A stretch of 64,000 nucleotides of DNA from Deferribacterales bacterium (GCA_050253075.1 JBFWJS010000001.1:192001-256000), one strand, 5' to 3'. Shown: positions 29,434 to 39,867, numbered from the stretch's first letter. Program-made: numbers and translations. Notes: generated from the sequence alone by a model not told the origin.

Positions 29434-29910
29434 TTATTTCCTAAGAACTTTTTCAGTCATGATCTTAGACTGAAGAGCTACTATTGCATCTAACAGTGCT
29501 TCTGGTCTTGGAGGACATCCCGGAATATAAAAATCCACAGGAATTACTTCGTCCACACCCTGAACTGTAGAGTATGTGTTATAGATACCGCCTGATGTAG
29601 CACAGCTACCCATAGCGATAACCCACTTTGGCTCCGGCATTTGCAGGTAAACTTTGCGAACGATAGGAGCCATCTTTCTTGTAACCGTACCAGCGACGAT
29701 CATAACGTCGGCCTGTCTCGGTGTAGCACGGAATATGATACCCATTCTGTCGAGGTCATACTTCGCAGCACCGGTAGCCATCATTTCGATCGCGCAGCAG
29801 GCAAGACCAAAGGTCACCGGCCACAAGGATGATTTCCTACAATAGTTGATTACGTTATCAACTGTCGTAGTCAATACATTGTCTGGTAATTTACCGTCAA
29901 TTAAGCCCAT
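29434..29910 (-). CDS. nuoB: NADH-quinone oxidoreductase subunit B
   Basis: [27 protein letters not shown] 29910 follows GGAG. Confidence 0.95.
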   Translation of the reverse strand: MGLIDGKLPDNVLTTTVDNVINYCRKSSLWPVTFGLACCAIEMMATGAAKYDLDRMGIIFRATPRQADVMIVAGTVTRKMAPIVRKVYLQMPEPKWVIAMGSCATSGGIYNTYSTVQGVDEVIPVDFYIPGCPPRPEALLDAIVALQSKIMTEKVLRK

Positions 29911-30254
29911 TCTAACGCTCCTTTCTGCCAAGCATAAAAATAGCCGAAGACAAGTATCACGAGAAATAGAATCATCTCGATAAGTCCAAAAAGGCCGATC
30001 ATGTCAAACGCGACGGCCCACGGAAACAGGAACACTGTCTCCACGTCAAAGATCACAAACAGCATAGCGATAATGTAGAATCTAACATTCATACGCTTTC
30101 TGTTCTCGTCGAGTGGCGGCATACCGCACTCATAAACACTAAACTTGATTTTTTCATATTTCTTCGGGCGAATAATAGCACCGGCAAACATTACTATTAT
30201 ACCGAGTGTAGACGCCACTAAAAGAAATAGCACTATAGGCAAATATCCACTCAT
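29901..30254 (-). CDS. nuoA: NADH-quinone oxidoreductase subunit A
   Basis: YECG, FVIFDVE, KGALEW. Confidence 0.95.
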   Translation of the reverse strand: MSGYLPIVLFLLVASTLGIIVMFAGAIIRPKKYEKIKFSVYECGMPPLDENRKRMNVRFYIIAMLFVIFDVETVFLFPWAVAFDMIGLFGLIEMILFLVILVFGYFYAWQKGALEWA

Positions 30255-30405
30255 ACATCACCTCTGTATTTTGTATACAGTATGCAGTATCTATCACGAA
30301 CACAGCAAGGGTGTCAACAAGAAACATCGTTTTAGGATTAAAACTTTTCCGTTTCTCACACCCTGATTTCACAAAGAATTTAAATAAGCAGACGTTCAAA
30401 AAATA

Positions 30406-31314
30406 CTATAATTTCAGTCTTTTTATAAGTTCCCTCATATCTGATGGTATCGGTGCCTCGAAAGCCACTGATTCCTTTGTGAACGGGTCTGTAAATGATA
30501 GCTTTACTGAATGCAGAGCCTGCCTATTTATAGGCATTTTCAACGACAGCCTGCTGCCATAAACTTCATCCCCCGCCAGCGGATAGCCCGCATTTGACAT
30601 ATGTACTCTTATCTGATGTGTTCGTCCAGTATAAATGCGGATTTCAGCAAGAAAAACAGACGAACCGCGTTTTAGAACACGTATTTCACTTCTGGCATTG
30701 CGTCCGTCTTCACGCACGCACATCTTCTTTCTGTCTTTCTTATGTCTGCCAATCGGCTCGTCTATGAAGAAGTGATCCTCCTTCGGATTGCCCCAGCAGA
30801 CGGCGAGGTATCGTTTATCTATCTCTCTGTCAGCAAAGACCTTTGCAAGAATCTCGCGGGCGCGTCTGTTCTTGGCGATGATCATAAGTCCTGATGTATC
30901 CTTATCCAGACGGTGAACAATCCCCGGTCTGAGATCGTTATCGTCCGTAATATCAAATTCGGCGAGCATTGCGTTCACCACTGTGTCCTCTGCGTGCCCG
31001 GGTGCGGGGTGCACCGTAACGCCTGCAGGCTTGTCTATCACGGCATAGTCGTCACAATCGTATATGATATCTATGTCCATTTTCACCGGTGTAAGCTCGG
31101 GAATTTCCTCTCTCGGAACCTCTATATATATATGGTCGCCGTCCTTCAATTTATACTTTTTCGGTTTTAATACACCGTTCACCTTTACGCATCCGTCCGT
31201 GACGAGGCGCTCCGCAAAAGAGCGGCTGATGTCTGAATTCTCCGCTATAAAAGCATCCAGACGGGGCCCTCCGGTTTCAACATTTAGTTCTATTGTTTTT
31301 TCAATGTTACTCAA
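30406..31314 (-). CDS. rluD: RluA/RluD family pseudouridine synthase
   Basis: S4 domain RLD, GIVHRLDKDTSG, TGRTHQIRVH. Confidence 0.9.
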   Translation of the reverse strand: MSNIEKTIELNVETGGPRLDAFIAENSDISRSFAERLVTDGCVKVNGVLKPKKYKLKDGDHIYIEVPREEIPELTPVKMDIDIIYDCDDYAVIDKPAGVTVHPAPGHAEDTVVNAMLAEFDITDDNDLRPGIVHRLDKDTSGLMIIAKNRRAREILAKVFADREIDKRYLAVCWGNPKEDHFFIDEPIGRHKKDRKKMCVREDGRNARSEIRVLKRGSSVFLAEIRIYTGRTHQIRVHMSNAGYPLAGDEVYGSRLSLKMPINRQALHSVKLSFTDPFTKESVAFEAPIPSDMRELIKRLKL

Positions 31315-32323
31315 CTTCTGCTTCTCTTATCATTTTTATACGCTCCGCTGGCGCAGGGTGACTGGAAAGGTATGTAAACACTTTGCCATCTTTCCCCCTC
31401 CCCTCGGTCAGTCGGTCCAGCATATCTGCGAAATGCTTAACAGGAATATCGTGTTTTATCAACATCTTTATGGCGAATTTGTCTGCCTCGCGCTCGAATT
31501 CACGGGAGTATTTGGACTCCACGAGGAACGTCGGTATGCCCACCGTCAGAGAAGACACGTCTCCTGTGACTGCTATCGCCACGGCAGACATGAACGAATG
31601 CTGAAGGAGCGTCCTTATGCCGTGTCTCTGTGCCACATGCCCCAGCTCGTGTGCCATGACAGACACTATCTCTTCGTCGTTCTCCGCAAGGTTTATCAGC
31701 TCATCGGTGAATATGACCGTCCCGTTGGGCAGCGCCATTGCATTTGCGCCTATTCTCCCGCCCGATCTGAAAACCATCCTGTATCCGAAGCCTTTCGGCA
31801 TATCATCGAGCAGCTTGTTAAACCTGCCCATCAGACGCCGTTTGACCTCTTCGCTGAGGGTGCTTTCGGAAAACAAATGCTTATCCAGTGCGCTGAGAGT
31901 GCTGGTGCCCAGCCGGATGTTTGTCTCAACGGGGAGAGCAAATGCAACCCCCTTCGCCAGCATGGGCACACCGTAAAAGAACATCCCGAGCACAAATGCA
32001 ACGGTAAAGACAGAGGCGAAGATGACATAACGTTTCTTCATCTCCAGCTTATGCACCATGCGGGCAGTCTTCCCCGTACCCATGAACTCCATCAAGGCGT
32101 CCACGGCATCGTTATCCGATGTTTCACAGGATCCGCCGCTGGGGAATGTCATGTGTCTGGGTAGATCGCCTATCCTGTCCTTTATCTTCACGGCGGCGAA
32201 TGGATACTCCTCGAGCACCTCTTCACCTCGCCTGACGGAGAGCTTGTCTCCTACGAGGCTGACCGTCACTGTTTCCGACCCGGCATATCTGCCGTTATAA
32301 TATTTAGCTTCGAACTGCATCAT
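31307..32323 (-). CDS. M48 family metallopeptidase
   Basis: NAMALPNG, AHELGH, YSREFEREAD, SSHP. Confidence 0.9.
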   Translation of the reverse strand: MMQFEAKYYNGRYAGSETVTVSLVGDKLSVRRGEEVLEEYPFAAVKIKDRIGDLPRHMTFPSGGSCETSDNDAVDALMEFMGTGKTARMVHKLEMKKRYVIFASVFTVAFVLGMFFYGVPMLAKGVAFALPVETNIRLGTSTLSALDKHLFSESTLSEEVKRRLMGRFNKLLDDMPKGFGYRMVFRSGGRIGANAMALPNGTVIFTDELINLAENDEEIVSVMAHELGHVAQRHGIRTLLQHSFMSAVAIAVTGDVSSLTVGIPTFLVESKYSREFEREADKFAIKMLIKHDIPVKHFADMLDRLTEGRGKDGKVFTYLSSHPAPAERIKMIREAEVE

Positions 32324-33366
32324 AATCCAAAATCTATATCGAAGAAGTCGTCGAACTCTTCGCCGAATGCTCCTATATTTTCTGTTTCCGCAGCGACAAA
32401 TCCGCCCATGTCGCCACGCACGAAGAACTTCATGTGTTCATACCTGTACTTCATGGTCCTGACGACGGCGAAAGGGATGAAAGAACCGATGGTCAGGATG
32501 GTCGCTATATAGTTAGTGACGGATATCCACACATACTTCTTCGGCTGCATATAGCTTTTCAGCTCGCATCCGGATATGGATACATTGCTGAAGACATAGT
32601 TGAACTGAGACGCACGCAGATATCCCAAGACAATAGGTATAGACAATATAATAGACAGGGTCATGACGAACTGCCCGCCCGCATACACGGGCATCAGCCC
32701 CACAAAGCCGATGATGAAGCCGACTGCAAACACGAAAGCCACAAGGAGCAGAGCAACCCCGATGGTCTTAAGGAATATAATGTACATATCCCCGACCTTT
32801 CCCGAATAGCCGAACTGCTTTGTGCCGAATCTGCTGTGCTCTATTATATGTTTCTTCATCACATGTATATAAAGGGGGTAAAGAAGCCCCGCAGTGATAC
32901 CCGAAAGAAAACCGAAAACGATAAAGTTGATGAATGTCTCCCAGTATTCGGCGGCATAGCCGAAGCGTACGTTACGATAGCTGGAGTTATAAGCGTTGAA
33001 CCTGAGAGCACGGTTTATTATCACAGGCATTATAAATGAAAACACGATAAATATAAGAGTACCGATGGCGGGTATCGCAGAGGATATCACCAGCCAGAGG
33101 AAATACATCGTAAAGACTATCAGACGCCCCTTCAATATCTTCTTCGGGTCTGCCGTATACTCGAAGCCCGAACCGTCGAGCCTGACCGAGCCGTAGAAAT
33201 AGCGTTTCCTGCGTACCTTTGCCCATGCGGAATATATCCCCAATGTTATGATGCTGAGCAGTATATTCACCGTCCATATCTTGAAATACTCCCCGCCCTT
33301 CCCCTTAAATTCGAAATTAAACACCTGAGACTGAACGGAAACTTCAGCCTGTTCGACCTCGTTCAT
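32320..33366 (-). CDS. YjgN/DUF898 family membrane protein
   Basis: F.G.GGEYFKIW.VNILL.IITLGIYSAWAKVR; this family is commonly paired with an M48 peptidase. Confidence 0.88.
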   Translation of the reverse strand: MNEVEQAEVSVQSQVFNFEFKGKGGEYFKIWTVNILLSIITLGIYSAWAKVRRKRYFYGSVRLDGSGFEYTADPKKILKGRLIVFTMYFLWLVISSAIPAIGTLIFIVFSFIMPVIINRALRFNAYNSSYRNVRFGYAAEYWETFINFIVFGFLSGITAGLLYPLYIHVMKKHIIEHSRFGTKQFGYSGKVGDMYIIFLKTIGVALLLVAFVFAVGFIIGFVGLMPVYAGGQFVMTLSIILSIPIVLGYLRASQFNYVFSNVSISGCELKSYMQPKKYVWISVTNYIATILTIGSFIPFAVVRTMKYRYEHMKFFVRGDMGGFVAAETENIGAFGEEFDDFFDIDFGL

Positions 33367-33445
33367 AATAAACCTCTTTAGAAAAATAAATTGATTGTAA
33401 CATAATATATGAATAGCACACGTATGTTTATCACATTTTAAGTTG

Positions 33446-33474
33446 TTGACATCCTGAAACTCAACTGTTATAAA
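33446..33474 (+). promoter_or_regulatory. Sigma70 promoter of rpsF operon
   Basis: TTGACA-17 nt-TATAAA with extended TGn. Confidence 0.75.
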
Positions 33475-33483
33475 GTCCGACCA

Positions 33484-33535
33484 CCTTTGTTGCGTGCAAA
33501 TATAGGTACGTAACTGCGTAAGACCATAAAGGAGG
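33484..33535 (+). promoter_or_regulatory. Putative S6:S18 autoregulatory leader
   Basis: CCTTTG/TAAAGG stem overlapping the GGAGG RBS, TTGCG/CGTAA upper stem, and a CCA just 5' of the RBS stem. Confidence 0.5.
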
Positions 33536-33539
33536 AAAA

Positions 33540-34019
33540 ATGAACACTTACGAAACCGTATTCATCGTCCGTCCTGATCTGCAGCAAGAGGAACTCGACA
33601 AAGAGCTTGAGTTCTACAAAAACAACATAGAGCAGAACGGCGGTAAGATCCTTAAAGTAGAGCCTTGGGGCAAGCAGACAATGGCATATGACATTGAAAA
33701 CTTCCGTGAAGGCGTATACTTTCTCATTCAGTTCGAAGCTGACACAGAATACCACAAAGAACTTACTATGAGATTCCGTTACAACGAGAACATCCTCAGA
33801 TTCGTTCTGGTATGCATCGACGAGAAGAAATTCAAACTGAACCCTAAGAGAGACACTTCCGGCCCTAAACGCTACGGCAAAAAACCTGGCGGCCCTAGAA
33901 AGCCGAGAGAAGAAGCAGAGCAATCTGAAACAACTGAGGAGACACCAGAAGCACCAGAGGCTCCTGAGGCTCCCGCAGCTGAAGCAAAAGAAGAAGAGGC
34001 TGAAAAGTCCGCTGAGTAA
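33540..34019 (+). CDS. rpsF: 30S ribosomal protein S6 with long acidic tail
   Basis: YETVFIVRPDL, WGKQTMAY, ILRF. Confidence 0.95.
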   Translation: MNTYETVFIVRPDLQQEELDKELEFYKNNIEQNGGKILKVEPWGKQTMAYDIENFREGVYFLIQFEADTEYHKELTMRFRYNENILRFVLVCIDEKKFKLNPKRDTSGPKRYGKKPGGPRKPREEAEQSETTEETPEAPEAPEAPAAEAKEEEAEKSAE

Positions 34020-34041
34020 TTCTCTTCTCTAGGAGTATCTT

Positions 34042-34443
34042 ATGGGTTTTCTCAATAAAGTTATGCTGCTCGGCAATGTCACAAGGAATCCAGAGGTGCG
34101 CTACGTACCCGGACGTGATCTCCCTGTTGCGAAATTCGGCCTTGCGGTAAACAGAAAAACTAGAGACAAAGAAGAAACCTGCTTCATCGATATAGTCACT
34201 TTCGGCAGAACAGCCGAGATGTGCGGCGAATATGTCACAAAAGGCATGCCGATACTTATCGAAGGCAGGCTTTCATACAATACCTGGGAACAGGAAGGTC
34301 AGAAAAGGAGCAAGCATGAGGTGGTTGCTGAAAACATCCAGTTCGTTTCCCGCAGAGGCGAGGAAGGCGGCGGAAGTTACGGAAGCTCCTACAGTAATGA
34401 ACCTTCCGATAATACTATCGACGAAGATGACATACCATTCTAG
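34042..34443 (+). CDS. ssb: Single-stranded DNA-binding protein
   Basis: NKVMLLGN, IEGRL, C-terminal DDIPF. Confidence 0.96.
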   Translation: MGFLNKVMLLGNVTRNPEVRYVPGRDLPVAKFGLAVNRKTRDKEETCFIDIVTFGRTAEMCGEYVTKGMPILIEGRLSYNTWEQEGQKRSKHEVVAENIQFVSRRGEEGGGSYGSSYSNEPSDNTIDEDDIPF

Positions 34444-34452
34444 GAGGATTTG

Positions 34453-34683
34453 ATGGCTGTTGTAAAACGCAGATTTCAGCGCAGAAAAGTATGTAGATTC
34501 TGCACAGAAACTATAGATATCGACTACAAAGATGTAAAACTGCTCAGACAATTCGTTACTGAGCGCGGAAAAATAATGCCTCGCAGACTGACAGGAACAT
34601 GTGCAAAGCACCAGCGTCAGCTTGCAGTAGCAGTTAAGACGGCAAGAATAATAGCTCTTCTTCCGTTCAGCCTTACAAAGTAA
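34453..34683 (+). CDS. rpsR: 30S ribosomal protein S18 (Zn-binding type)
   Basis: CRFC...IDYKD...[15 protein letters not shown]. Confidence 0.96.
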   Translation: MAVVKRRFQRRKVCRFCTETIDIDYKDVKLLRQFVTERGKIMPRRLTGTCAKHQRQLAVAVKTARIIALLPFSLTK

Positions 34684-34697
34684 GTAACAAAACAACG

Positions 34698-34724
34698 AAG
34701 GGGAGTTTAAACTCCCCTTTTTTT
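34698..34724 (+). terminator. Intrinsic terminator after rpsR
   Basis: AAGGGGAGTT/AACTCCCCTT stem followed by a T run. Confidence 0.75.
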
Positions 34725-34727
34725 ATA

Positions 34728-35642
34728 ATGAAAAATACCATGCATATAGCTTTATACCCTTTGATAGCAGTTATACTTTTCGCAGCGAACGCTATTATGC
34801 CCCAGGTGGGGATAGTTTCTGCCGTGTTCAGTCCCCTTGTGCTCCTCTTATACCTCTCGCACGGGAAACGCACGATACAGTATGACGCTATGCTTGTGGT
34901 ATTGATCGTTGCCCTTGCGGTGTTTAACCATGTCCTTGCGGGGTTCTTTGTCATTTCTCCACTGTTCTCGGCTTTCTTCATCAGATACACCCTGAGGAAC
35001 AATATGTCGACATCGTGGCTCCCTGCCGTGGGTGCTGCTTTTGTCTCTTTCATAGTGACATTCGGCATCATATACGGCATCCCGACATACAGGGCGGGGC
35101 TTGTGGAGTTCACCACAAACGCTCTGAACACCTTCATCAACGCAGCCAAAGAGGCAAACGCACCGATGACTCAGTCCCCATACTTTGCACAGATAGAGGC
35201 AAACAAGGCTGATGCAGCCCTATCCGTTGTGCTGATATTCCCTGCTTTCAACTACATGTACACGGTCTTTGCGGCGTTCATCTCCCTCAGACTGTTTGCA
35301 AAGATAAAAAAGATACAAACTGAGAGATTCCGCCTGCCAGACAATTTCGTCTGGATACTCATAGCGGGCTTCGCTCTCATCTTCACCCCTTTCTTCTACG
35401 GACGTTTTGTCGGTGTTAACATCGCCATGATGTTCATAGTCCTTTATGCATTTCAGGGGTTCGACATCATCCTCTTCTGGATGAACAAGTTCCGTGTGAT
35501 CCCTATGATAAAGGCGATTATTTTTATATTTATTTTTTCTGAACCTCCAATTATACTTGTAATCTCGCTGATAGGACTCTTCAGCGTGTGGTTTAATTTC
35601 TACGGCAAAGAGCCGAAAGAGGAGCAGGAGCCATCGGAGTAA
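34728..35642 (+). CDS. DUF2232/YybS-like membrane protein
   Basis: Polytopic membrane protein with FRLP...W and FQG motifs; usual position after rpsR. Confidence 0.7.
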   Translation: MKNTMHIALYPLIAVILFAANAIMPQVGIVSAVFSPLVLLLYLSHGKRTIQYDAMLVVLIVALAVFNHVLAGFFVISPLFSAFFIRYTLRNNMSTSWLPAVGAAFVSFIVTFGIIYGIPTYRAGLVEFTTNALNTFINAAKEANAPMTQSPYFAQIEANKADAALSVVLIFPAFNYMYTVFAAFISLRLFAKIKKIQTERFRLPDNFVWILIAGFALIFTPFFYGRFVGVNIAMMFIVLYAFQGFDIILFWMNKFRVIPMIKAIIFIFIFSEPPIILVISLIGLFSVWFNFYGKEPKEEQEPSE

Positions 35643-36556
35643 CAAAACTCACCGCAACCAAAGTCTCAATAGCCACAGCGACCATCCTTGCGCTGTCGAA
35701 AGCCACCATAGGCATATGGACAGGCTCCCTTGCGGTATTATCATCTGCTTTCGACTCTATACTGGACATTGTTTCATCCAGCATAAACTACTTTGCCGTT
35801 AAAGTGGCGGAGCAGCCGCCGGACGAAAAACACCCGTACGGCCATGCGAAGTTTGAACCGCTGGCAGCACAGATTCAGTCTTTCCTCATTCTCTTTTCAG
35901 GGGTGTATATCTTTTACAAGGCATACACAAACGCAGAGGAGCATGCGGTAATAACGCATCTGGGCGTAAATATATGGGTGATGCTGTTCTCAATGACGGC
36001 GACATTCTTCCTTGTCACCTTCCTGAAACGTGTGGCAAAGAGGGAAAGGTCGCAGGTGCTCGAAGCGGACGCACTGCATTACGAGGTAGACCTTCTGACC
36101 AACGGCGGTGTACTCATTGCCCTTGTAGTGATTAAATATACAGGACACCACCTGATAGACTCTCTGGTGAGTGCCCTTATCGCCATATACATTATATTCT
36201 CTGCGCTGAAGCTGAACTTCGCCGTGACAAAAGACCTCCTCGACGAGGTTATCCCCGACGAAGAGCTGGCACAGGTGGAGGACATAATAAAGAGCCACAG
36301 CCACGAGATTGTCGAGGTGCACAAGCTCCGCACGAGAAAAGCGGGGAACAAGAGCTTCATCGACATGCACCTTGTCCTGTGGAACGGCATGAGCCTGGAC
36401 GATGCGAACACCCTGCGTGTGGACATCGAAAACAGAATTAAAAACAGCCTTGAAAACGCTGATGTTAATATTTATATCGAACCGTGCAAGGCAGACGTAT
36501 GCAGCGACTGCGACGTTTGCGAAGACGGTAATAATTTCGGGAGAGATAAACAATGA
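35633..36556 (+). CDS. Cation diffusion facilitator (FieF-like); probable ATC start
   Basis: In-frame upstream of GTG 35804: ATKVSIATATILALSKATIGIWTGSLAVLSSAFDSILD (TM1-2), then HPYGHAKFE, ADALHYEVD, LRTR. Confidence 0.88.
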   Translation: MGVTKLTATKVSIATATILALSKATIGIWTGSLAVLSSAFDSILDIVSSSINYFAVKVAEQPPDEKHPYGHAKFEPLAAQIQSFLILFSGVYIFYKAYTNAEEHAVITHLGVNIWVMLFSMTATFFLVTFLKRVAKRERSQVLEADALHYEVDLLTNGGVLIALVVIKYTGHHLIDSLVSALIAIYIIFSALKLNFAVTKDLLDEVIPDEELAQVEDIIKSHSHEIVEVHKLRTRKAGNKSFIDMHLVLWNGMSLDDANTLRVDIENRIKNSLENADVNIYIEPCKADVCSDCDVCEDGNNFGRDKQ

Positions 36557-37782
36557 GCCTTTTTATGGAAAATTTAATATCCGAGAGACTCGGCGGTAAG
36601 ATGTTTGGTAAAGACACAACCATCTACAAATTCGAAAAGATCAAAAGAGCAAAAAGAGCAGCCATGAAGGAGAACCCTGATATGGAGCTCATCGACATGG
36701 GTGTAGGCGAACCTGATGCTATGGCTCACCCTGATGTAGTAAAAGTACTTCAGATAGAAGCAGAAAAACGTGAGAACAGATTCTACGCAGACAACGGTAT
36801 CGATGAGTTCAAAGCCGCTGCTGCAGGATATATGAAAAAGAGATTCGGCGTTGAGATGGACCCTGCCACACAGATAAACCACTGTATCGGCTCTAAGCCT
36901 GCCCTCGCCCTCTTCCCTATCGCCCTTATCAACCCCGGCGATGTGGCTCTTATGACTGTTCCCGGATATCCTGTTTCCGGAACAACTACAAAGTATCTCG
37001 GCGGTGAGGTTTACAACATCTCTCTTCTGAAAGAGAACAACTTCCTCCCTGACCTCGACAGCATCCCTGAGGACATATGCAAACGTGCAAAGTTCCTCTA
37101 CCTGAACTATCCTAACAACCCTACGGGCGTACTCGCTCCGAAGGAATTCTATGAGAAGGTTGTCGCTTTCGCTAAGAAATACGACATAGCAGTTGTCTCC
37201 GACGCTGCATACATAGAGCTCACATACGGCGAAGACCCTATTTCCTTCCTCTCTGTTGAGGGCGCTATGGAAGTAGGTATCGAGATACACTCCCTCTCCA
37301 AATCCTTCAACATGACAGGCTGGAGAATCGGTTTCGTATGCGGTAACCCGCACCTTGTTCAGGCTTTCGCCACTGTTAAAGACAACAACGACTCAGGCCA
37401 GTTCATCCCGATACAAAAGGCAGCCTGTTACTGTCTTGAGCATCCTGAGCTGATCGAGCCTACTAAAAAGAAATACAGCCGCAGACTGAACATGCTGGCT
37501 AATGTCCTCCGCAAGCACGGCTTCACAGTGGACGAGCCAAAGGGTTCTTTCTACCTCTACTTCGGCATCCCGAAAGCAACAGCTTCAGGACGCAAGTTTG
37601 AGTCAGGCGAGCAGTTCTGTGACTATCTCATCCGTGAGAAGCTGATATCATCAGTGCCATGGGACGATGCGGGCAACTTTCTCCGTTTCAGCGCAACATT
37701 CGTGGCTGATTCCGTAGCTGAAGAAGAGCGTATCGCGAAGATAATCGACGAGCGTCTCTCTTCCGAAACATTTATATTCTAA
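36553..37782 (+). CDS. dapL: LL-diaminopimelate aminotransferase (class I PLP enzyme)
   Basis: DMGVGEPD, LNYPNNPTG, DAAY, SLSKSFNMTGWRIG, KDNNDSGQF. Confidence 0.8.
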   Translation: MSLFMENLISERLGGKMFGKDTTIYKFEKIKRAKRAAMKENPDMELIDMGVGEPDAMAHPDVVKVLQIEAEKRENRFYADNGIDEFKAAAAGYMKKRFGVEMDPATQINHCIGSKPALALFPIALINPGDVALMTVPGYPVSGTTTKYLGGEVYNISLLKENNFLPDLDSIPEDICKRAKFLYLNYPNNPTGVLAPKEFYEKVVAFAKKYDIAVVSDAAYIELTYGEDPISFLSVEGAMEVGIEIHSLSKSFNMTGWRIGFVCGNPHLVQAFATVKDNNDSGQFIPIQKAACYCLEHPELIEPTKKKYSRRLNMLANVLRKHGFTVDEPKGSFYLYFGIPKATASGRKFESGEQFCDYLIREKLISSVPWDDAGNFLRFSATFVADSVAEEERIAKIIDERLSSETFIF

Positions 37783-37851
37783 GCGGAGCACCTGTGCTCC
37801 CCCGCTTATGCGCCATACGCTGTATGGCTTAAGCGACACAAATGATATACC

Positions 37852-37883
37852 AAGGGCCCGACTCATCTGAGTCGGGTCTTTTT
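37852..37883 (+). terminator. Intrinsic terminator after dapL
   Basis: GGGCCCGACTC-ATCT-GAGTCGGGTC-TTTTT. Confidence 0.8.
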
Positions 37884-38023
37884 GCATATATTTTCACATT
37901 CCTAACAAAGCATTAACAAATAACATTTTTATTAATTTTCATTTTCATTCTCCTGAACATTAGCTCATCAATTCCGCAAAAGCACCAAATAGAATCACAG
38001 TATTATTTTTCAGGAGGCGATTT

Positions 38024-39841
38024 GTGTTTACTATAAGAAAAGCACTCGCAGTTGCGATCATATTCGCAATGACAGCAATGATCTCTGCATGTGGCGGCGG
38101 AAGCGGAAGCAGCAGCTCCGACACACCGGTACAGGTAAAGATACTGCATATGAACGACTCTCACTCTCACATCGAGGGCGACACTGAGAAGCTCTCATTT
38201 GACGGTGTCGAAACAGAAGTGACAATGGGCGGAATGGCGAGAGCCGCTGCTCTCATCGATTCTCTCAGAGACGAAAATACTCTGCTCCTCCACGCAGGAG
38301 ATACAGTACAAGGGACACTCTACTATACACTCTTCGACGGTGAAGCCGACGCAGATGTTCTCAATGCTATGGATTTCGACGCTATCACAATAGGAAACCA
38401 CGAGTTCGACGACGGCGACGATTTCCTCAGCAGCTATATAGACATAGTTGACGCTCCATTTATCAGTGCGAATGTGATCCCCACAATGGGCAACACTCTC
38501 TATGGTAAATTCAACCCTTACATCATTAAAACCGTAAACGACCAGAAGATAGGCATCATAGGAATCACTATCTCAGGAAAGACAAAGGATTCATCCAGCC
38601 CGAGCGACGAGATAACCTTCCTAGACGAGTCAACAGCTCTGCAGAACACTGTGAACGAGCTCAAAAACCTCGGCGTACAGAAGATCGTCGTACTCAGCCA
38701 CTACGGATACACTAACGTACAGGCTATGGCAGCTCAGGTAACTGACATCGACGTTATAGTAGACGGCGATTCACACACTCTCCTCGGCGACTTCGACTAT
38801 GTCGGTCTCTCATCATCAGGCGACTATCCTACTATGGCTCTGAACGCAGACGGCGACGATGTATGTATCGTACAGGCATGGGAATACGGCAAGGCAGTGG
38901 GCGAGCTGAACGTCACATTCGACGGCGATGCAGTTGCATCATGTTCGGGTGACGCACACCTCATCATTTCAGACGACTTTGAGCAGGCAGACGCAACATC
39001 CCTCGCAAAGGCTGCCGTATCAGACGATGTCAAAGCATCTATCCTCGCCATCATCGCAGGCAACGGCAACATATCTGTCATCCCCGAAGCAGACGTAGAC
39101 CAGTCTATATCCACAATTGTAGACACTTACTCAGGTCAGGTGGATGCACTCTCTGCGGAAGTTATCGGTGAAGCCGCTGAAACTATATACCTCGGCAGAG
39201 TCCCGGGGAAAGTTTATAACGGCGCAACACTCCCCCTCGGCTCCGAGATAGCTCCTATCGTAGCCAAAGCATTCTATGACCTCAGCAACAGAGCAGATAT
39301 GTGTATACAGAACGCAGGCGGTGTGCGTGAAACTGTGAACGCAGGCGACATCACATACGGCACAGCATACACACTCCTCCCATTCGGAAACACACTTTAC
39401 GAAATAGAGATGTACGGTTCAGAGATAAAGCAGGTTCTCGAAGATTCTGTTGAAGGGATAGCTCAGGGCGGCTCCGACGGCGGTTTCCCATATTCATACG
39501 CCCTTAAATATGACGTAGATGCTACACAGGCATACGGCAGCAGATTCAGCAACCTCGAAGTGAAAGACCGCACAACAGGCATATGGAGCGCACTCAATGA
39601 CGACACTATGTATGTAGTGGTCACAAACTCCTACACAGCCAGCGGTAAAGACGGATACACCACATTCGGCACAGTACAGGCAGAGAGAGGCCCCGGCGTG
39701 GACACATACCTCGACTATGCTATGTCTTTCGTGGCTTATGTACAGGCACTGACAGCAAACGGCGACCGGCTTGAAAAGCTCCCCGCAGAGGATCACCCTG
39801 TTAAGAGCTATGTAGAACTTGATCCCGCAGGGAAATTATAA
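38024..39841 (+). CDS. 5'-nucleotidase / NAD nucleotidase lipoprotein
   Basis: Lipobox ISAC; HMNDSHS, AGD, GNHEFD, SHYG, QNAGGVR, LPFGN. Confidence 0.9.
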   Translation: MFTIRKALAVAIIFAMTAMISACGGGSGSSSSDTPVQVKILHMNDSHSHIEGDTEKLSFDGVETEVTMGGMARAAALIDSLRDENTLLLHAGDTVQGTLYYTLFDGEADADVLNAMDFDAITIGNHEFDDGDDFLSSYIDIVDAPFISANVIPTMGNTLYGKFNPYIIKTVNDQKIGIIGITISGKTKDSSSPSDEITFLDESTALQNTVNELKNLGVQKIVVLSHYGYTNVQAMAAQVTDIDVIVDGDSHTLLGDFDYVGLSSSGDYPTMALNADGDDVCIVQAWEYGKAVGELNVTFDGDAVASCSGDAHLIISDDFEQADATSLAKAAVSDDVKASILAIIAGNGNISVIPEADVDQSISTIVDTYSGQVDALSAEVIGEAAETIYLGRVPGKVYNGATLPLGSEIAPIVAKAFYDLSNRADMCIQNAGGVRETVNAGDITYGTAYTLLPFGNTLYEIEMYGSEIKQVLEDSVEGIAQGGSDGGFPYSYALKYDVDATQAYGSRFSNLEVKDRTTGIWSALNDDTMYVVVTNSYTASGKDGYTTFGTVQAERGPGVDTYLDYAMSFVAYVQALTANGDRLEKLPAEDHPVKSYVELDPAGKL

Positions 39842-39867
39842 GAATACTCTTATAGGATAATATCTTA

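Noticed and set aside
33920..34019. EAP tandem repeats in the S6 tail
   Set aside because: Low-complexity acidic tails are common in S6; not a DNA repeat element.
34684..35642. Absence of rplI after rpsR-DUF2232
   Set aside because: Ordinary operon rearrangement; gene loss cannot be inferred from one window.
35633..35803. CDF gene as a 5'-truncated pseudogene
   Set aside because: The frame is open and the TM1-2 motifs are intact, so a non-canonical start is the simpler reading, though unproven.
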